A program made the translations under genes and the position numbers. From NCBI GenBank assembly GCA_918797485.1, contig CAKKNE010000003.1, positions 4,030,001 to 4,094,000 of the forward strand: a stretch of 64,000 nt of DNA, given 5' to 3'. Positions 56,250 to 64,000 of this stretch are shown piece by piece. Position 1 is the stretch's first letter; the number at the start of each line of letters is the position of its first letter. The notes under the pieces were generated by a model that was given only the letters and a program-made list of their open reading frames with translations, was not told where the DNA came from and ran no database searches. This stretch comes from Pelagomonas calceolata (taxonomy: Eukaryota).

Positions 56250-58155
56250 TCAGGGCGGCAGCCCGCCCCGCATGTTCGGCCGCCACGCCGCCGGGTCCCG
56301 GTCCCGGCACGCGAAGGCCTTGACCAACGGAAACGCGCAGTCCGCCGCGTAGCAGTGCATCTTGCGCTGGATCGGGATAATCGAATTCCCTTGGAGGTCA
56401 AAGTTCGTCCGGTAGGCGTGGCCACATCCGGCCGCGTAATAGCCTGGCGAATCGTTTGCGGCCCACCAGTCCCCTTCATAGTACGCCGCGGCGGTGTCGA
56501 CCAAGCCATCCATCTCGTCCGGAGTCCATTCCTCGGTGTGGCACGACGTCGTCGTGGAAGCGTTTTTCTGGTGCTGGGCGGCATCGATCAAGTTCTCCCT
56601 CAAATGATCTTCTAGCGTCTCACGATAGGACCGGACAGCTCCGATGTAATCCGCGTCACTTCTAAGAAACTCTTCAAGTTGGGAAGGGAGCTCGGCCCAG
56701 TCTCGCACGAACACGAAAGGGGCGTCGCGCCAAGCTGCTGCCGGATCTTCACAACCTTTGGCGGAGAGACCGCCGTCCGTCACGTACGTCTGGTCGACAA
56801 TGGGCACGGCTCCGCGCAGCATGCCCTCCAGTACTCTACCAGAAGACCAGGTGTCGCCCGCGGGCGCTAGTGAGAAGAGACTCGCGGCGTCTCCATCTAG
56901 TGTAGCGTTGCCCCGCGTGATGTCGACGCGCCAGGCACTGTCTTCCTCGTGGGCGTCCGGCGACTTTAATAAAAGTTCTTGGAGCTCATCATCAGCATCG
57001 GCGACCACAGCTCTTATACGCAGGGCCTTGTCCGAGACAGCCGCCAATTCATCCACACCACCGCCCAGCAGCCACTTGACGAGTCTCCCCCGCGAGGGCT
57101 TCCTCCCATTAACCGAGAAGACCAGATCAAGTAAATAGGGCCTTTCATTTGCATCCAGCGAGTCGTCGGCCTCACTCAACGCCTTCGCGTTGTCAGCTGC
57201 TTGCGGCTGCCAAAAAGTGAAATCTTCGAGACTCTCGAGACCCTCCAGGCCCTCGGGGAACCACAATGATGTAGAAGAGTCGGGCGGCGCCGCGTCGTTT
57301 GCAAACACTATTTTGTGGTGCGTCGCCGGTAGATCGTGAAGGCGGCAGCCCGAGTCGCCCGCGATGACTAATACCAAAGGCTTGTCGTAGGCCAGGAGCG
57401 ACCTAAGTAATTCCGACCGTCTCAACAAATCGGGCGTCCACTGGTAGGCGCAGGCTCCATCCAGTTCCCGCGCGGACCTGTGCGTGTCATCTTTCCGTCG
57501 CGCCGCCGATGCGACCGCGTCACCCTCCACGCCATCGACGCGAAGCCTCGAAGTTGACTGCGGCGGACGCGGCCGCGCACGCGGCATCCCCGGCCACGCC
57601 GTGCTGGAGCCTCTCGACAGGTACCTTCTCTTCCAGTTTGTCAAATTCAATGTCCGTGTCGACGGCCTCGTCGGAGACGGCGGCCCAGACGATCGCACCT
57701 TGCGCGATCAGACCATCTCGCAAAGCAGAGAGTAGAGCCTCCCTATCATCGTACCGATACGACTCGACAGCCAAAGGCGCCGCATCCATCATAGCCCGCT
57801 CCGAACAGACCCCGTACCGCCAGTAGCTATAGGCCTGCTTCAGGAAGACGTGGCCGCTCCACCAATCTTCCGGTGTTTTGCGGGCGAGGTAATGCTCCTC
57901 CAGACGGCGCGGATTTTCACCATTACCGGCGGTCCAGGTCGACCGCGCTATGCTTGTAGATATTTGCGTCTCGCCCGGCGCGAGGAACTGCGAGGAGACG
58001 TCCCAGAGCCCTCCGGCCACGCGGACGACCGGCATACGCGCATGCGACGACGCGATGAGGACACACGCCGCTCCCAGTAAGGCGAGGGCGTAGGCTTTAT
58101 GTCGGCGCGGCCGCTCGCTCGGCGTCTTTGGTGGCAGCGGGAGGGTGCCGTACAT
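56250..58155 (-). CDS. Type II membrane glycosyltransferase-like protein (exostosin/GT47-like); intron 57478-57568
   Basis: N-terminal TM; FSLAPAGD..SGRVLEGMLRGAVPIV; APFVFVRDWAELP. Confidence 0.65.
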
Positions 58156-58612
58156 CCTCGGTTACGCCTGTCCTGTGTCTGGGCAGCCCCTGGCGTCGCG
58201 CGGCGGCGTCTGCAGCGGCTTCCTTTGCCGCGGCGGTTCCGGACGGGCTGCGTAGGGGTCCGCGGAGGCTGCCGCTTGCCCCGTTGTTGTTTCGTGTGGG
58301 AGCAGCGCCGAGTTTAGTGCATGGAACCTCGCGTCTATGGAGGTTGCGACTTTCCTGCTAGTGCCGCGCGCACTAGGTTGCTGCGGGCGTACGTCCGCCA
58401 ATCCTGCCAGGCGTAGCAGACGTCCCGTCGACCTTTACGTCTATGTGGGACAAGTTTGCTGACCAGGCTGGAACTGCGAACGGCGTCCTCAGGCGCGGCG
58501 CCCGCGGCCACACTGGTGGCGCTGAGCGCTTGAAGCGACCTCTGATAGACCGCTCGTACCAGCGCTTAAAGGGTAGCGACCGATTCGTGCGGCAGTGGTT
58601 GCTCCCGGCACA

Positions 58613-60133
58613 ATGCCGGCACCGGCACGCCACCACCGATGCGCCGTCGTCGCACTGATGGCCGCGGTAGCACATGCCTACCCCGAGTACGTCAACTGCG
58701 GCGAAGAGCTTAGAATTGGCCAGCGCTGGATGGGCAAGGACTCAGAGGCGTCGACACTCACCATCGCACTGACGGACGCCGCAACAAATGCGCCCATAGC
58801 CTGCGGTTCTACCGTAGCCTCAGGCACGCGCGTGCGAGCGACCATTGCCAACTTAGACGGCGGCGAGCAGTACGTCGTCGAGGCGACAGGAGGCGTCTCG
58901 TACGGCAACTACTGCTCCGAGAATACGCGCGCGAATGACCAACCGCTGGAGTTCGACGTGCTCGATACCGTTTCGGTGATTGGAGCCCACGCGCCGACGT
59001 ATGGCACGGTCTACGTCACAGATGCTTGCAGTGTCACGGGCGTGGGACCCGCGCCGACGCCGCGGCCGTCGATCACGAAACGACCCACGGTGCAGCCGAC
59101 GCCGTACTGTTCATCTGAAAGAGATTTTGACTTCGCCTACGCCTTGGACGGTGGTCTTACATTGCATTGGACCCTGGAAGAAGATCGCGTGCGGGCCGCT
59201 TTGGTAACCGAGGGGGGCTGGGCCGCTATCGGATGGGGCTCCGACGGTTTAATGAATGGGGCCGAGTGCGTCATTGGTGAGCCCAATCAATTACCCCAGA
59301 AGTATGTTCTGAGAGGCTATAAACGCGAGGACGTCGAGACGGTATCAAGCCAGACGCTCGAAGACGCTTCTACAGACGTAGAGGAGGACGGCACCGTCGT
59401 CTACGCCTTCACGAAATTACTACAAGAGCCCGGCGAGAAGGCCGTGACGTCGCCGTTCGTCTGGGCCCACGGCTCCGGCTCATTGGGATACCACGGTAGC
59501 AGAGCGGGCGCTCTGGAGCTAAACCTCGAGACCTGCGAGGCCTCCTCCATAAAAACGGAGACCGTCTCCGCTTCGCTGATAAAGATCCACGGCGGCCTCT
59601 TCCTCGTCGCGTTTTCTGTAGCGATGCCGGCGGCGCTCGTGGCGGCGCGCGGGCGGTCGTGGCTCGGGCCCGTCTGGATCAAGCTCCACATGTATTTGTT
59701 GCTGCTCTGCGTCCTCCTAGCTTTGATTGGCTTCATTGTGGTCTTCACTGCATTGGAGGACGCGGACAGGGACCATTTTCGCGGAAGGCATCAAAGAATA
59801 GGGCTCTCCACATTATGTTTTCTGCTGGCGAATGTGGTGATGGGATTACTGAGACCGGGCAAGGAGGGCAGGTACCGCAAGCATTTTAATATTGTGCATG
59901 CGTTCCTGGGCGTCGGGGTCTTTGTGCTCTCCGTGTTTGCTACGAGATCGGGGGCCACAAAGGCCGAGAATCTCCAGTATTTTCGTGAGAAGCCCTGGGT
60001 CGTGGCGCAGGCGGCGCTGCTGGGCGGGTTCGGGGCGCTGTGGTTGTTGGCGTGGGCGCGGGCGGCGCGGCCTCCCCTTGAAAAGGAGGTGGCCGAGAAG
60101 GAGGAGTCGAAGCGCGAGGCGGCCGAGGAGTGA
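58613..60133 (+). CDS. Secreted-domain + DOMON + cytochrome b561 protein (ferric-chelate reductase-like)
   Basis: LHW..GWAAIG..MNGAECVIG, FVWAHG..YHG; TM His residues KIHG, KLH, RHQ, VHA. Confidence 0.85.
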   Translation: MPAPARHHRCAVVALMAAVAHAYPEYVNCGEELRIGQRWMGKDSEASTLTIALTDAATNAPIACGSTVASGTRVRATIANLDGGEQYVVEATGGVSYGNYCSENTRANDQPLEFDVLDTVSVIGAHAPTYGTVYVTDACSVTGVGPAPTPRPSITKRPTVQPTPYCSSERDFDFAYALDGGLTLHWTLEEDRVRAALVTEGGWAAIGWGSDGLMNGAECVIGEPNQLPQKYVLRGYKREDVETVSSQTLEDASTDVEEDGTVVYAFTKLLQEPGEKAVTSPFVWAHGSGSLGYHGSRAGALELNLETCEASSIKTETVSASLIKIHGGLFLVAFSVAMPAALVAARGRSWLGPVWIKLHMYLLLLCVLLALIGFIVVFTALEDADRDHFRGRHQRIGLSTLCFLLANVVMGLLRPGKEGRYRKHFNIVHAFLGVGVFVLSVFATRSGATKAENLQYFREKPWVVAQAALLGGFGALWLLAWARAARPPLEKEVAEKEESKREAAEE

Positions 60134-60601
60134 CAACATGTTTTGTGTTTGTTAATATGGTTTGTCTGTACTAGTAAATCTGCGCGCCGCCGCGCGTCGC
60201 GTCGACCTCGGGAAGTCGTTTTTGGCGTCCCGATGGCTCTCGCCCGGACGCCGCAGGCCTCCCCGCGCCCGGGAGGCCTCGGCGGGCCGCGCCACGGGGC
60301 GCGCGCTAGGTGCACGCCAACTGCAAATCATCGAGCGCGCTCGACGCACCTCGGTTCAGTCCCGCGCGTGTGAAGCCGCAGCCGCCTCCCGACCCGCGCA
60401 CAGCAGCTCAATCGACCCAGGGGCATTGCGGTACTTCGCCCGGAGCGCTGGCTGCGCTCCGACGCGCATGCGCGGAGCTCAACCAAGTGTCAGTGGTTAA
60501 CCTTTGGCCGCTGAACACGTGCCGCGCGCGCTAACGCTGGACCGCAGCGTCCCGAAAGGGACCGGAAGACTGCCCGCGCCCCGCCGCGGGACCGCGACGC
60601 C

Positions 60602-61354
60602 ATGCGCACGCCGCCGAGCAGCCCCGCGAAGGCGAGCGCGCCGTCGGAGCTGCCGCGCGCGAAGTCGGCGCCGCAGCTGCGCGATCGGGACAGCCCGGAC
60701 AACGTGCAGCAGACGCCGCCGCCGCTCAACGTGCCGCCGATCGAGCTGCTGCCGCCGGCCGCCGCGACCGCGGGGAATCCCGCGAATCCCGACACGAGGC
60801 CGCGGGATCCCGCGTCGCCGAACGGCGGCGAGGCGCGGCGGACTCTGACCGCGGTCCTCGACGCTCTGATGGGCACGGCCGACGGCCACCGGAGAGATAG
60901 AGCTCTTCGCTTGGAGAACGGCAGCCGCGTCAGTGACTACGTCCGCGATCATCCTGATGGTGCCTACACGGTGCGCCTATTTGGCGACGGCTTCACGATC
61001 CGGAGGGAGGGCGACGAGTCCCTGCCAAAGCCGCCATTGAAAAAGCGGCCGCGGCGGGGCGCCGTGCACAGTCTCCACGACGACGACGCGGCAAGCCCGC
61101 TCCAGGCGTACGCTGATCATGCCGCCTTCCTAGCAGACGTCCGCGACTGCCGCGTCCCGGCGGAATTCCGCACGGGCGCGGCGAACTTGGTGCGGCTCGA
61201 AGTGGAAGACTATCTCCCTTCGGCCTATCGCGACGTCCACGCGTACCTCGACCCCTTCCGGCGGGCGCAGAACGGCGAGCCGCCTTTGGCAAAACCGGAG
61301 ACGCTGTCATCGGAAGGCCGGTCGTCGCGCCTGAAGCGCTTCGACAAATCCTGA
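60602..61354 (+). CDS. Hypothetical protein
   Basis: 250-aa ATG ORF, Pro-rich N-terminus. Confidence 0.5.
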   Translation: MRTPPSSPAKASAPSELPRAKSAPQLRDRDSPDNVQQTPPPLNVPPIELLPPAAATAGNPANPDTRPRDPASPNGGEARRTLTAVLDALMGTADGHRRDRALRLENGSRVSDYVRDHPDGAYTVRLFGDGFTIRREGDESLPKPPLKKRPRRGAVHSLHDDDAASPLQAYADHAAFLADVRDCRVPAEFRTGAANLVRLEVEDYLPSAYRDVHAYLDPFRRAQNGEPPLAKPETLSSEGRSSRLKRFDKS

Positions 61355-61652
61355 AACACCCGTCATCGCGGGACCGCAGACGGCGGCCCGTGTCCCTGTG
61401 CATCCCGAAATCTCCCTTCCAGTAACGATGTTGTACAAACGATTGAATGCGTCGATGGCGTGATGCTTGCACTCCTAGTGTGTCTCGACATTAGCTTGTG
61501 CTCTCCACTCGCAAACACGCACGTGGTAGACGTAGCCGACGCATAGCCAGTCCTAGGACATCGCGACAGCGTTGCGTGCTAGACTAGCACCAGTTCGCTG
61601 GCGCAACCGGTCCTACCAACACCAACTCAAGAGCTAGCTGATTAACCCCTGC

Positions 61653-62822
61653 ATGCTGCCACGCGCTGTGCAAGCGGTGACGCGGCGGACGAGTAGAACC
61701 CTCCTCTTTGTAGCCACCGCACGAGCCATGTCGACGAAGGCCGACCTGAGATATGTGTCCAAGCCCGCGTCGGACGCCGCAAACCAGGCTAGTAACCCGG
61801 CCAAGTACCCGAGGCAGCTCTACCCCGAGATCGAGGCTCATGACTCCGGCATGCTTAGTGTCGGCGACGGCCACTCGCTCTACTACGACGTGAGCGGCAA
61901 TCCCGACGGCGTGCCGTGCATCTTCTTGCATGGTGGTCCCGGTGGAGGCATTTCTCCTCGCTCTAGACGCTTCTTCGATCCGGCCTTTTTTAGAATTGTC
62001 ATTTTTGATCAAAGGGGCTCGGGCAAGAGCCAGCCCAACGCCGCCGAGGATTTACAAGGGAGTCTGATTGAAAATAACACTCCTAAATTAGTAGAGGACA
62101 TCGAGAAGCTGCGGGAGCATTTGAAGGTGGACAAGTGGGGGATGGTCCTCGGCGGGTCCTGGGGCTCGACTTTGGCATTAGCGTACGCCGAGGCCCACCC
62201 GGCGAAGGTGCGCACGCTACTATTGCGGGGCGTCTTCTTGTTCGAGCCCGAAGAAGTAGATTATCTGTTCGCCAAGGGCGGCACGCAGGGCCAGCACCCC
62301 GCGGCCTGGGCGGCCTACTGCAACTACATCCGCGACACGTCCGACGATTTTGAGTCAGAGCGCCAGAATTTATTAGGAGCCTACTGGAAGCGCCTCACGT
62401 CCGACGACGCGGCCACGCGCCTCGCCGCCGCGAGCGCCTTCGTGGGCTACGAGCTGTCCATCTCCAAGACCTTCGTGGAAGACAAGATCATCCGCGAGTG
62501 CCTCGAGACGCCGTCGCAATTGGTACCCTTCGCGGTCATGGAGGTGTCCTACATGCTGAACGCGGGCTTCATGTCGCGGGGGCAATTGATCGCCGAGGTC
62601 GGCAAGCTCTCTTCCTTAGAACGGGTGTGCATCAGCCACGGGCGCTCGGACTTCGTCTGCCAGCCCGTCTCCGCGTATCGGCTGAGCGAAGCCTTGGGCA
62701 AGCTCAAGGTCCCGGTCGACCTGGACTTCGTCGCCGCGGCGGGCCACAGCGACACGGAGCCGGGGCTCGTGTCGTCGATGATTACTCATAGCGATGCGAT
62801 CCGCGACCTGCTGGCGAAGTGA
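61653..62822 (+). CDS. pip: Proline iminopeptidase
   Basis: GNPDG..FLHGGPGGG, FDQRGSGKS, GGSWGSTLAL, LRGVF, AGHS. Confidence 0.95.
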   Translation: MLPRAVQAVTRRTSRTLLFVATARAMSTKADLRYVSKPASDAANQASNPAKYPRQLYPEIEAHDSGMLSVGDGHSLYYDVSGNPDGVPCIFLHGGPGGGISPRSRRFFDPAFFRIVIFDQRGSGKSQPNAAEDLQGSLIENNTPKLVEDIEKLREHLKVDKWGMVLGGSWGSTLALAYAEAHPAKVRTLLLRGVFLFEPEEVDYLFAKGGTQGQHPAAWAAYCNYIRDTSDDFESERQNLLGAYWKRLTSDDAATRLAAASAFVGYELSISKTFVEDKIIRECLETPSQLVPFAVMEVSYMLNAGFMSRGQLIAEVGKLSSLERVCISHGRSDFVCQPVSAYRLSEALGKLKVPVDLDFVAAAGHSDTEPGLVSSMITHSDAIRDLLAK

Positions 62823-62867
62823 GTGGTCGCGTCGACGGCGTATGGGGGCCTATAATACAAAGTCTAG

Positions 62868-63875
62868 TTAAGTCTTCAACCTCAAGTCCACGGACCCGCC
62901 AATGCCACGGCTCGAGCAGAACCGGATGAAGAGGCCGTCCCGCCGGACGGTCCCGGTCACGGCGACCTCGAAATTTTGGTACCGCTCGAGCCAGGCGCAG
63001 CGGTCGCCGGACCAGCGGCCGGCCAACGAATATCTCCCGTCCTTACCGTCGACGCCGGCGCCCGTGAGAGAACCGTCCGCGCCGAAGTGTAGGTCGGAGA
63101 CCACCGTTTGGTCCCATCCAGCGTCCTCCACGCTCGCGCCCTCGTACCGCCCGGAGACCGGTCGCTGCACGCTTGCGTCAAAGTCACGTTCGAGCGTCCG
63201 CGTGAGATTCTTCCACTCGTCGAGCTTCTTGCTGTACACGTTTCGCGACCTCGCGTCCACCGCAAGATAGGGGAGAAAGGAAACTCCGATGAACGCCAAG
63301 CCTACGAGGTTGTTGGATGGCTCCGCCGCGACCGTATCGCCCCCCACGACATAATTCCGCGCCGGCCGGCTCGCGAGCGCGGAACGGCCTTCGAGGTGGC
63401 CGAACGACGGCGCGTAGAAGACCGGCGGCGCCGTCCTCCGCCGGGCGGGCCGCTTCCAGGTCCGCTGGTTCGTGATGGCGTTGTGCCAGCAGGGAAAGCC
63501 CGCCTCGTCCATGTAACACCGCCAGCCGAGCTGCGACAGGCTGAGGTAACGCGACGAGGATCCGCCTCTGCCTCCGCCTCCGCCTCCGCCTCCGCCGCCG
63601 CCGCCGCCCTTCGCGTGCGCCGGCGGCGCGAAGAGCAGGACGACGGCGAGCAGCGCGTTCGCCGCGAGCACGCGCAGGGCTCGTCGCCAGCGCGTCGCTC
63701 GGGGAACGCGCGGCGCGGTCGGTGGCCTGAGGCCAAGATTGGCAGCAGGTGGGGCTGTAGGAGTCGGCCTGCTCACCGAGAGAGCAGCGCTGCCCCTCAC
63801 GCGAGGCAAGCGCGTTCGTGGGGCGAACGCAGCCGTGGACGCCAACAACGCGACGCGCAACGCGGAGGGTGCCAT
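62868..63875 (-). CDS. Plastid-targeted (predicted) membrane protein with WW-like motif
   Basis: TAAFAP leader; GWRCYMDEAGFPCWHNAITNQRTWKRP; poly-Gly tract. Confidence 0.6.
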   Translation of the reverse strand: MAPSALRVALLASTAAFAPRTRLPRVRGSAALSVSRPTPTAPPAANLGLRPPTAPRVPRATRWRRALRVLAANALLAVVLLFAPPAHAKGGGGGGGGGGGGGRGGSSSRYLSLSQLGWRCYMDEAGFPCWHNAITNQRTWKRPARRRTAPPVFYAPSFGHLEGRSALASRPARNYVVGGDTVAAEPSNNLVGLAFIGVSFLPYLAVDARSRNVYSKKLDEWKNLTRTLERDFDASVQRPVSGRYEGASVEDAGWDQTVVSDLHFGADGSLTGAGVDGKDGRYSLAGRWSGDRCAWLERYQNFEVAVTGTVRRDGLFIRFCSSRGIGGSVDLRLKT

Positions 63876-64000
63876 TTTGCGTACGTTAGCCAAAGCCAAC
63901 CGAGGAATGCTCTCCGAAAAATACCCGCGCGGCGCGATCCGCGCTCACGAAGTAGATCCGGTCTATTGAGCACAAGTCTAGTTAGTTATCGCGTCGAAGG

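Noticed and set aside
63568..63610. GCC-type microsatellite (also tac/gac runs at about 49905-49940)
   Set aside because: Simple coding poly-Gly, poly-Tyr and poly-Asp tracts

Overview
GC-rich, very gene-dense eukaryotic nuclear DNA. Bipartite plastid-targeting leaders (AFAP-type) and TIR-bearing short introns point to a pelagophyte alga (Pelagomonas/Aureococcus-like; inferred). There are about 35 protein genes, including housekeeping ones: Hsp70, GMD, YchF, FabB-type KAS, EXD2, TRAPPC6, phytol kinase and proline iminopeptidase. Main discovery: two adjacent minus-strand genes (6177-9303 and 9925-13973) end in the same 7-blade WD40 module. It is built from tandem 176-bp units, each a 126-bp phase-0 exon (one 42-aa repeat) plus a near-identical 50-bp intron, and amino-acid variation is concentrated at the residues flanking the splice junction. 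The module is fused to different putative effector domains: an MLKL-like helical bundle plus kinase in one gene, and a myristoylation motif, RelA/SpoT-like nucleotidyltransferase and SF1 helicase in the other. Together with a SAM/helical-bundle/TIR/GAF-like/SAM gene (53112-55490), this looks like a modular innate-immunity or allorecognition receptor system. The window also shows many introner-type introns (TIR plus 8-bp TSD, several GC donors), a 1.09-kb direct-repeat-bounded insertion disrupting a MYND-TPR gene, orphan gene fragments, and a candidate overlapping or bicistronic gene pair. All intron and domain calls were made by eye.
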